A DNA stretch of 20,000 nt, from assembly GCF_000181795.1 (NCBI RefSeq), contig NW_003526947.1:260176-280175 (forward strand), written 5' to 3'. The notes beneath the pieces are model-generated. The model saw only the letters and a program-made list of their open reading frames with translations. It ran no database searches and had not been told where the DNA came from. Every line of letters begins with the position of its first letter. The stretch's first letter is position 1. The translations under genes and the position numbers were made by a program. Positions 1 through 10,195 of the stretch are shown one piece after another. Source of the stretch: Trichinella spiralis. Lineage: Eukaryota.

Positions 1-615
1 TCATTTGATTATTTCTTCTTTTTTCTAGATTGACTTCTAGGCGTGGTGTTTCATTTTATTTAAATTTAAAATTGTTTGGGCAGCTTTCTAATGAATTTTC
101 CAATACACTACATGAACTCTAATACTTCCACCACTGCATCTTTCCACTTCATCCATTCGGTGTATGAAAATGTCTGAGAGAAACTTGGTATGCAATCTTT
201 TCCTTTCTAATAGAATATTTTCGTCAGCCAATTTGACAACGTATCAATGGCATAATAATATCAAAAAAAGTTTTTTAGATAAATTACACAATTATTCATC
301 AAAACTTGTAAATAATTAATTGTAAGAAATGGCAAACAGCAGCAGCACAATTGCATTAATTAATTGTTGTACATTATTGAAATTTGATAAATATTATTTT
401 TCTATTGCAAAAGAAGATGTCGCCCAACAGACTGACAATTAAGTAAATGGAGGGGAGTAAAATGACCCAGTAAATGTAATTTTATTGTTTTTCACACACC
501 GCTTTTTCTATTTTTTACACGTTGATAAACAACACGATGAAATTCCAATTTAATATCGAAAAGTAATTTAATTTAATCAAGAATTGAAATTAATATTTTA
601 AGCTTTGAAACAATA

Positions 616-3196
616 ATGGGCTGTACGGAAAGTAGCTTGTCCGAAAGGAAGAATGGAAGTTGTTGGCCGACAGTTGACGAAGGAGCTGAAAACGCCATGG
701 TAGGCAAAAAGCGTCAGCCGGTGCTAGTAAGCCGCCAACAACAACGACCAAAACCAGAAGCGGAGAAACAAATCATGCTAACAACATCCAACTTGTCCAA
801 CATGCAGTTGCCAAAAATTGTCGTCTTTTCCGAATCCACTGGCAAAGATGATCTTCAATCCGACAATAATGAGAATACTGGCAACAGCAGTTGCATAGAT
901 GACAGCGAAAATGAATCTGCTTCGTTGGACGGGCTGAAAAAGGTACGACGGTCGACAATGTTCAAGCTGAACAAGCATGTGGAAGTGGAAAAGCAGCAGG
1001 AAGGCCATTTGGGCGGAGGGCACCGGCTTGATCCGTGCTCGTCGTCGTCGTCGTCGTCGGATTTGGAAAAGCACACTCGAACCATTTTGCGTCGCTTTCC
1101 ATTCCCGACCATGAACAACGCCAACCGACCCAGTCCAGGATCCAGTCCGCGGTTCGGCATGAAAACGGTCAAGTGCATCTCTTGGCGACGAGATACCGTA
1201 CCACCGGACATTCGTCCCGCCGACGAAGCACGTCCACAGCAACTCGATCCGGTCATCTGGCACGCTCAGCACGCTCTCAACTACATGGTCGTGGTGAGAT
1301 GATTTTTCGCTCTTGCTTTTCCTTAATTACTGTAATCCAGTTCAATTGAAACAACTTTTCTATTTGTTTGTTTTCTTTTCTTTTTTTCATCCACGATGGC
1401 ATAATTTTTTGACTTAATTTAGTTGATTTTGGAAAAAAGCACAGTGAAACTTTATGGTATTATTTTCATTTTTTCCATCCCATACTTTAATCTGAAATAC
1501 ATCGTTGTACGTTTGTTTGTCCGCTTGTGTTTGTATAAGATGAATTTTTTTTTCAATATCGATTCAATAATTGGAAATTTGGCATTTTATTTTGTTTAAG
1601 AAATCTGTTGAAACAGCAATACCTGTCGTGGTTCCTTTGGAAAAATGGCTGCAAGATCGACTATCCAGTTGGGTGCAGCTATCCGGTCATGATGGTAATT
1701 GTATTGGCACCACTGGCGGCGTGCGTATTGTATTTGGCTTCAATTTCAGGCACAATTGTACCCGCCAGCGACAGCACGTTGTGGAAAAAGCGTGCCAGTA
1801 ATGAAAGCAACGAATCGAACGCTTACATTAAACTGATGAACGATCCGTTGTCGAATTTCGTGGCCAAATTTTACCGTGAAGTCGAATACAAAGGCGACTG
1901 TAAGTTTCGAGCTTATTTTCTTCCAACAGCCGCTTCGCGCTAATAAATGCATAGAATTTGTTCAAAGGATCAACTTTTTGATTTTTTGACTTTCTTATTT
2001 TTAGTATTTATCGAAATAGAAGATCTTACTCGACATTTCAACAGTCCTGCAATAATGGATGTCAAAATTGGCACCAGAACATTTCTGGAATCAGAAGTGA
2101 ACAATCCGGCTAAACGAGCAGATTTGTACAAGAAAATGATCGCAATTGATGGAAATGAGCCAACCGAAGAGGAACATGCCGACAAAGCTATTACAAAACT
2201 ACGCTACATGCAAGTAGGAGTGAAAAATGGAAAATGACCAAATCGAATAAAACTATTGGCAATTTGTTGAACATTTGAAATTAAAATGTTTGCATAAGTT
2301 AATTTCAGTTTCGAGAACGAGAAAGTTCAACGGCCGAATTTGGATTTCGTATTGAAGCTATTAAAGTATTTTTTCTATTTTTACACCATTTCTGTGACCG
2401 ATTTTTCTTTTTTTTTCTCTTCTTTAACATTTAGTCCAGTGATGGTCGTACTGAGAAGAATTTCAAGCGGGTCAAATCCAAAGATGAGGTGCCAAATAAT
2501 AATTTTAATTTTATAATAATAATAATAATAATAATAATTTTTTTTCTCTTGAAAACAATAAAGTTTAATATATTTCATCTTTCATTAGATTATGGAAATT
2601 TTAATACATTTCTTTGGCCCTGACAGTAAAAAAGTGCGCGGTATTTTTGTGAAACGGTTAAAAGTACTTCGACGCAAATTGCTTCGGTCAACAGTTTTCA
2701 TGACTCATGAAGTATGCATATTTTCCAATTGCACATCATTATTCAAATTTATCTATTTGTAAAATCTTTCCCACGATGTATTTGAAACGTATTTCAAAAG
2801 GAAATGAAAATTAGAAAAAAAACAAATCATCTTTATTAAAAATTAAAGATTCACTTTTTGTATATTATTTGAATTATGTGTTTGCGTTATAAATCTAATT
2901 TGGGCAAACGTGTTGTCGTAGATAGTGTTGATTAGTGTGATCAATTTTTAAAACTTATTTTTGGTCCACGATTTGAAATGAAAAAAAGAACAACGAAACC
3001 GAACTACATTTATATTTATTTGTAGTTTATTGGAAGCAGTTTGCTTTTCATGTACGATAAAAAGCATGCGAATGTGTGGATGATTGACTTTGCCAAAGTT
3101 TGTCCTGTAGAAACAGTGACGTTGAATCACACTTCATCATGGCAATTTGGTAATCACGAAGATGGATATTTTGTTGGTCTTGATAATTTAATTCAG
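616..3196 (+). CDS. lfe-2: Inositol 1,4,5-trisphosphate 3-kinase (IPK family; ITPK/LFE-2-like), multi-exon, last exon unresolved
   Basis: In-frame GT-AG exon chain: 616-1293, 1601-1694, 1750-1899, 2005-2213, 2309-2365, 2435-2488, 2589-2711, 3026-3196 (1536 nt, 512 codons). The product has WVQLSGHDG, PAIMDVKIG (PxxxDxKxG), KLRYMQFRERESSTAEFGFRIEAIK, FIGSSLL, WMIDFAK and GNHEDGY, all IP3K hallmarks. A donor CAG|GTAC at 3197 implies a short final exon (candidate 3364-3381, LKTIE*). The N-terminus is Ser-rich and low-complexity. The symbol is the C. elegans IP3K name, assigned by family rather than by alignment. Confidence 0.92.
2514..2538. repeat. (TAA)n microsatellite in an IP3K intron
   Basis: Direct inspection. 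Confidence 0.9.
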
Positions 3197-4726
3197 GTAC
3201 GGAACAGTTTGTTAATCAGTTTTTTAAATTATTCCTTTGATTTGATCTTCTTTGCGTGACTGAGATGGTGTTGACGTGCAAATTTTGATTGAGATTTTCC
3301 TATTTTTTTTTCTTCTTTAAATACAATAATAATAATAATAAATTTATGTGAACTATTTTTCAGTTGAAAACCATAGAATAGAATAAGAGTTGAAATTTAT
3401 GAAGAAGTTAATAATTGAGAAGATTTACAATTAAAATTCACCATTCTTTGAACCTCGAGTGTGATCAGGATGTTTGATATTTCAAGGGAAATTTAACATT
3501 TTAAAATAAATTTCACACTGTGTCGTTGTTTATTTTATTTTTTTTTGTGAAATAAATTTGAGGGGAATTAATCAACTTGAATTTAATTGAACACTGTCCA
3601 ACCAGTTTGAACGGATTTTTAAGTTTAATTTTAAAATTGTAAAATTTATCATGCGATGTTTAGTTGATATTGTTTTGTTGAATTGGTTGAATTAGTTACA
3701 AATGCCATGGATAGTTTAGATGTTAATTATTTTAAAAAAAATAGAAAAGAAAAGAAAATAGTTTGTTTAGTAGCAATTGATTTCAAAAGTGGGAAGATTA
3801 ATCTTGCTTGACACTTACTTGGCAATGATTGGATTGAATTTGAAATTCTTTTGATCAACTGGACGAAATCAGTATCTACGCGTGAATAGCAGTTAATTCT
3901 CTTTGGAAATGGAAATGCAAATAAATAAAATTTAATAATTCTTTTTTTATTATTATTTTCAAATATTGAATATTGAAATAAATTAATAACTGTGGCGTTG
4001 TGTAAAATTATTGGAATAAAGTGAAATTTTTAAGTGAAAAAAAATTAAAAATGAGAAAAATTGTATTGTTTTTAAAATTATTGTTGATGCTGATTTTCAA
4101 TCAGTGCAATTTTATTTGAAATTCTGAAAATGCACAAGAGGGAAAGGAGTTTGATGCAGAAGAATGTGTTATTTGTGTTGTTAGCGTTTTGGGTGCTTCA
4201 CGCAGAATGAGAATGCTCAGGCATGCGATGTTGATTGTAAAATTTTGATGTGAGTTAAATGTATTATTGTGTATGTTCGATAATTTTGGGTCGATATTAT
4301 TCTGTTCAATGATGGAAATTTTTTCCACCCATTCTGCTTGACGCTTGCCAAGTATTGCTTTGTCGAAGGTGAACGTGTTAGTTGATCCTGAACCACGCAA
4401 CCGGAAGCGATTGAATAGCGATCACTGGATACCACCAAGCTAGGCTTTTATTTCCCACTCGAAGGATCGATTTTGGAAGCTGAGCTAGAATTACCACTAT
4501 CAATAGTAGTAGCATTTATTCGATTGATCGAATTTTACTCAAAAAATACTGAAACATTAATTTCAAATTTAATGAAAAAAAATCAAGCATATTATTAATA
4601 TTGACATCCTGATAATTGGTATTTTTTAAAATGAACTAATGATATTGTTGATGACGATGATGATTTTCAATTTGCATTGCAATTCAAGTGGAAAAAGCAT
4701 TTTTCAATGAAACCAGTAATGCTTAT

Positions 4727-4760
4727 AATACATATACATATACATATACATATATATACA
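4727..4760. repeat. (ATATAC)n-like microsatellite
   Basis: atacatatacatatacatatacatatatataca. Confidence 0.8.
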
Positions 4761-6696
4761 GCTTTGTTGTGATTTATTCTGTCAGCTATAATATGATGGA
4801 GGAAAATTTTAACCGAATAAACCAACTTTTGCATCCGGTTGATTATTGAAAGGCGTTTTTGCTGTGTGCAAAGAAGTGAAAAGTTTCTCAATGACCACCA
4901 CCAACCACATTGATCGACAATTCTGACTGCTGGGCATGTTGGCAATTGATGCAAACGAATCTGCAGCACATTCGAGCTAATGTTGTGTTGGCTAATGAAA
5001 AATGACTTTCAATTTAACACTTTTCGACGTTTATGCCCAATCTGCTGATGTGTTGTTGCTGTCATTTCCACCTCTTAGCGCGGGCAGGTGCGTCGATAAA
5101 ATGGAAAATTCAACTTTTCGACCAATAATAAATAATATCAATTATAATCATGGCAAAAGTGAAATATTGTTTTCAACTTTATCAACTATAACTGTACGCG
5201 TCAATTTCAACATATGCATCATGCATGCATATGTTATGAGGGAAAAAAAATCAATCAAACTTATTCAACGAATGTTCTATTTTCTTTTCTAAAGATCAAA
5301 AATGGATTTCAATTATCTGCTTTATTATTATTATTATTGATTTGAATTGTTTGATCTTTTTTTAATTTTATTCCAATCTACAATATATACTATATGAACG
5401 TTCTGTTTTGATAATATTTTTTTGAATTAATTGCTTGCAATATTATTGAAAAGGTAGTTTTCTTTTTGACACTCAATCTGACCAAATTTAATACAACAGC
5501 TATATGGGGATGATAGTTTAACATAAATTTGAATAGCATTTATTAATTTATTCTCTCATTTAAACAACACCGAACAATCACAAAATGATTAATTTTTCTT
5601 TTTTTCTTTCTTTATATTAATTTTTTTATTCTTTATATATTTGAATAGTCACCTTATATAAGGATCCATTTCCTTCTAATTAATAAAAATTATTGCAGCA
5701 TTTGATTGATTTGTTTGTTCTAAAACTTTTTGCCATTCAGATTCTTGCCAAAAAATATATTCGTAATATTTTTATTCTTCTACCACGTTTGTCAGGAACA
5801 ATTCTTTATATTTTTAGAACAAAATATTACCATTTATTTATAAAAAACTTTTACATTTTAAGTGTGATTATTATTATCATTAATATTTGTTTATTTTAAA
5901 TATTTTTTTATTCTGATCAGAGTAGAAATAAAGATAGGAACAATTAATTCTCCTGAAAATTCCATCTCTTCTATATATATATCTAGCGTGACCGCGGCGA
6001 CTGCTGTTTGATTTCTTGGTACTCTGCTTGAACGGGCTTGGCTGGTGATCGATTTTGCGATCGAAATTTGACAATTTTATAAAAATCGCTTCCAATTTTC
6101 CTCCATCTTGTTGTTTTGCTAATATTTTTCAAACTATCAAACTTTGTCTTGCTTTCAAACAATCTGCTTTTGATAAAATGAAAACAAATTTCAATTTTAA
6201 ATAAATAAATACGCATATATATATATTTTTATGGGAAAAAATATATATTTTTTTCTTTTTCCTTTTTCTCTTCAGTACAAATGAACAAACATATTATCAT
6301 ATATAATGTACAATTTTTGAACAGATTTTTGAAGAAATGAAATTGTTCGAAATGCGACGATTAAGCGCAAATACGACGAAAAAGAATAGCAGCAGTAGTA
6401 GCATTAGCCGCATGTCCAATAGTGGATTTTCCTGATTTGTAATCCATTATTTGTTTTCCCTGTTTTATTCTTTTCAACGCTGTCGTTTATTACTATGTGC
6501 AAATGAAATTAAAACACAATATACAATTGTTTGAAATTTTCAAATGATTGATCTCAAATGCATTTGTGCATTGGTTTTTTTTTCGTTTTCTTTTCCATTT
6601 GTTGTTGTTCATCGGGCTAGCTAATCAAAATCATCAAATCATATACGAGAAAATCGAACAATTCTTACTTATTCGATTATAAATTAAATAAATAAG

Positions 6697-6715
6697 TATA
6701 TATATATATATATAT
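6697..6715. repeat. (TA)n microsatellite in the putative 3'UTR of the Cys-rich gene
   Basis: Direct inspection. Confidence 0.85.
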
Positions 6716-6851
6716 GGCATGGAGAAGCAACGTGATAAAAAAGAAGAAGAAGAATTAAAAGGGATTGCTTCACATAATTAAGCATGCAATTAACATTAGA
6801 ACAAGCATGCGCATTATCGAGGAAAAAGAAAAGAAGCTTCAGATGTAAAGC

Positions 6852-8234
6852 TTATAATCCAGCGACTGTCTGGTAGCGGCTATGCATGATTTTTTTGTGC
6901 AAATCACATTTCCATGCTAGACCGCCAACGGCAATTATTATCATAATAACAACAAACGCAACTACCAAGGATGTGTTGTCGTTGACGGGTTCCGTTTGGT
7001 CTTCAGCTGATTCGGATAATTCGTCCAAGTGATCATTTGAATCCCCTTCTGCAGGTGGTGATTGTTCAATTTCAGCTTCTTCGACATCGGTAGAATGCAC
7101 ATGTTTAGCTGTGGTCAGCTTCTTATGCAGCGTTGTTGTTGTTGTTGTTGTTGTTGTTGTCGTCATCATTGCTTCACCTTCTGCTGGTGGTGGTGGTGTT
7201 TCACTGGTGACATGGGTGATTTTCGATATTGACGATGGTTCAGTATGTTGTTGTTCTGCTGGAAATTCTGCAGACTCGTTGAAATCATCGTCGTCATATT
7301 CGTCGTGATTTTCGCTCACTTCCGCTTTGTTGAAGCAAGTTTTGATGGTGAGCGTTTTGGATTGGAATTCAATACAGCCCAGCTGATTCAGTTCTTCCAC
7401 GTCCGTCGGTTCGCTGATGAACGAAATACATCCGCTGGCTTGGTAATGGGTGGCCGACTGTTTGGCGACCATATCGACGCTGAAGCAGTGCTGTCCGTAG
7501 CAATGGCTCGACTGACTTTGCATTGGAAAATCGTTCCACGTCAACTGGGCAGACGTGGGACATCGATGGCGTCGTTTTCTGTGGCTGGTTGACGTGACCA
7601 GCTGTTGTTGTTGTTGTTGCTCGTTGCAAAAGTCTTCCGCACAAAGGCACGTCTCCATGTCGACAGACTGATGCAAAGCGTGACTGTGCACCGTGGCGCC
7701 TGTAATTGGCGGCTGCACGCATGCGCCAACTCCCCGACGTTCTATCAACGGTACCGTGCGATTGACGCAGCCTCGGCTCCGACGCCTGTGGTTCCGGTCG
7801 ACTACGTAACTGCAGTACTCACCGATGCACTGGTGACGACTGGAACAGTGGTCGCCGTCGTCGCACCGGCAACGGACAAACGGGACGAACTGTTGCAGCT
7901 TGTCGCCCACGTTGGCGTTGCAATAATCCGCATCGCAGATGCACATCTTCACATCCCCGGCCGAGTAGAATTCGCAGTGGCTTCGGACCGCCCGACGCAG
8001 CAAAGTTCCATTGACACAGCCCTTGACGTGGGTCGCTTTGCCGAACTGAGCCTGGCCCCATACCGACGCGTAGCTGCTCACCAAACAGTACTGCCCTTCG
8101 CATATGTCGCCCACGCAGTGCAGACCTTCGCACGAAAAGCACTTGACGGCTCCCGTGCGGCCTGCCCCGCACCAGGCCAGAACAAACGCTACAATAGCCC
8201 AACGGCACAACATCCAACGTGAACGACTCGACAT
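6852..8234 (-). CDS. Single-exon type I membrane protein with three Cys-rich three-finger (Ly6/uPAR/activin-receptor-ectodomain-like) domains
   Basis: 460-aa ORF. It has a signal peptide (WAIVAFVLAWCGAG), domain 1 VKCFSC...CEGQYC...KGC...C...CICDADYCN, domain 2 VRCRC...CIGEYC...RGC...C...CLCAEDFCN and a degenerate domain 3 C...CYGQHC...SGC...GC...KTCFN. These are followed by an acidic/Thr-rich stalk, a TM helix (SLVVAFVVIMIIIAVGGLAW) and a short tail with YQTV. The fold assignment is inferred from Cys spacing. Confidence 0.85.
   Translation of the reverse strand: MSSRSRWMLCRWAIVAFVLAWCGAGRTGAVKCFSCEGLHCVGDICEGQYCLVSSYASVWGQAQFGKATHVKGCVNGTLLRRAVRSHCEFYSAGDVKMCICDADYCNANVGDKLQQFVPFVRCRCDDGDHCSSRHQCIGEYCSYVVDRNHRRRSRGCVNRTVPLIERRGVGACVQPPITGATVHSHALHQSVDMETCLCAEDFCNEQQQQQQLVTSTSHRKRRHRCPTSAQLTWNDFPMQSQSSHCYGQHCFSVDMVAKQSATHYQASGCISFISEPTDVEELNQLGCIEFQSKTLTIKTCFNKAEVSENHDEYDDDDFNESAEFPAEQQHTEPSSISKITHVTSETPPPPAEGEAMMTTTTTTTTTTTLHKKLTTAKHVHSTDVEEAEIEQSPPAEGDSNDHLDELSESAEDQTEPVNDNTSLVVAFVVIMIIIAVGGLAWKCDLHKKIMHSRYQTVAGL
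7132..7160. repeat. (GTT)n coding microsatellite encoding poly-Thr
   Basis: The GTT run encodes the Thr tract in the stalk of the 460-aa protein. Confidence 0.9.
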
Positions 8235-8798
8235 GAGCGCACGCGCGTCTTGTCCTCTTCACAACAGCAGGCAGCATTGCCAACCTACCGCCAACCAGTG
8301 CCAACTGCAAAAGCGAGCGAGTGATTCTATTGGTCAGACCGATGTTCTTGTTTATCCGCCCTTTTTCAAAATGGACCTTCTCGTCACGGTCCACGTCAGC
8401 CAACCGATTGATTGAAATGACGATCGATTTTTGACGAGATAATCTCAACCTGCAACCGCCTTCGTGGTCAACGAAACAAGCCCATCAACAATCATCACAA
8501 TTACACACTTCATATGCATATCCATACGCATATGTGTATGTGCTGCTATGGCGTAAACAAAAACCATTCTTCCAGTTGTTGCTGCTGCTGTTGTTGTTCT
8601 ATTAGCAAACAGTTTTTTTGTCAGTTTGCTCGTTTCTTTTTTCTTTACTCATTTCCAGAAACGCATCCGACAAAAAGAAGTTTGTATCGAATTACCACTC
8701 GATCAGTCTGAACGACGATGGAAATGCTCAGCTAATATCAAACAACTGAATTTCATCGATTTTTCCCAACCAAATTGATGCAAATAACGCCTTTTATT

Positions 8799-8821
8799 CA
8801 CACACACACACACACACACAC
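8799..8821. repeat. (CA)n microsatellite
   Basis: Direct inspection. Confidence 0.9.
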
Positions 8822-9236
8822 CATCATTTGCTACTGCTCTATCAGCATTTTGAAGAGAAGAAAAAACAATAATCTTCAACTTCAATTCAACTTTCGAACC
8901 TATTACAAACGAGCACAATTAGCAGCAATCTGTTGTTTTTCTTTTGTTTTTTCTTTTCGATTGATTTTCTAAAATCAAATCAAAGCTTCTTTATATCCGC
9001 TTTATTGTTTGATTGGGATTTCATTTGTTTGTGTTCTTCTTTACAATTTCAAAAAATGGCATGGAAAAATAATGACAAAGCAAAAAAAAATTAACATTCA
9101 TCGGTCAATTTCCAAAATTGAACAACTTTAAGGAATATTTGAATGAAATTTGAATTTTCAGTAAAATTAATTCCACCACTGCTTTTTCGTATCGAATAAA
9201 GCAAAATACGCCTTATTGTTCGAGCATTGAATTTGT

Positions 9237-10153
9237 CTAGTTGTTATCTTTTTTCTGGTGTCTTGATCGAGTGTAAGTTTTCAATTTTTCGAAAATCGTC
9301 ACACCAACTGCCAAACCAAGACCCAAAAGCATGACTACGAAAACTCCGCCGACATTTTGCAGACCAAGTTCTGCAGATATGCTGCTTTTTCCATCCGCAG
9401 AGTCGCACTTTCCACCGCCACGTCGTTTCCACCATTTGTCCTTTAATTCGGTGATTACTGTCTTCTCTTGAAGGTAAAGAATTGTTTGAGAAATCGCTTC
9501 GCGGTAAGGAGAACCTATTGTTTAAAATTGAATGTTTCGTATGACAACGAAGCGCTTCTATTTCTTAAGTCAAATAATGTTACCTTTTCTAAATCCAATG
9601 CCATAACCTTTCGAATCCAACAGCCCACCGATTTGTGTCAAATCACAGTCACGTTCAACGTAAAATTCAAGCATGGACGATTCCATGAGATAAGCGTAAT
9701 TTCCTTGCTTTACCCGACTTATTCCTTCCCTACTACCGTTCACAAATACAGATGGTTCCGATGATTTCATGGCCATCCACATTTTTTCATAAACTGGAAT
9801 TTTAGAGTCCTAAAGTTTTTCATACAGAGCAAGCTGTGCAAATTATTCTTTACATACTTTAAAAAATTGCATTGTTGAACCTCTGTTCAAAGTACCATAA
9901 CGAATTTTAGTCTGCTTGACAAGATCTTCTGCGCTGTTGATTGTATATTCCATCCTTTCAACTGTCAAAAATGCTGCCAAATTGGCAGTATAGCTTGAAA
10001 TTAATATCAGTGTAAAAAACCACCACACGCTGGCTACCATTCGTGTTCCAACTGCTCGTGGTGCAATATCGCAACCCTGAAAAATTATTAAAACTTTGTA
10101 AATGAAAATCCAAAAAGCGTTAAAAAATAACAGATCACATTTATTGACGACTG

Positions 10154-10195
<42 letters not shown>

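Noticed and set aside
164..187. Possible upstream IP3K coding mini-exon MKMSERNL|GTATGC
   Set aside because: Its phase-0 donor does not fit the phase-2 acceptor at 603. At most it is a 5'UTR exon.
773..1349. Antisense and alternative-frame ORFs over the first IP3K exon
   Set aside because: By-products of the GC-richer exon and the TCG repeat.
4101..4548. Moderately GC-rich block with minus-strand ORFs (99 aa, 73 aa) and a TTTCAG acceptor at ~4549
   Set aside because: All three frames after the acceptor hit stops and no family motif is present, so a gene cannot be supported.
4795..6108. 14-nt inverted match GATGGAGGAAAATT about 1.3 kb apart
   Set aside because: Short, with no TSD or transposon-like termini; likely chance.
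5880..6216. Protein-like minus-strand ORFs (…SPAKPVQAEYQEIKQQSPRSR*)
   Set aside because: No splice partner or homology recognised, and the upstream gene already terminates at 6852.
7111..8448. Several long overlapping ORFs (7605-8222 +, 7819-8448 -, 7245-7592 +, 7369-7722 -, 8104-8415 +)
   Set aside because: Shadow frames of the GC-rich 460-aa gene, with no recognisable motifs.
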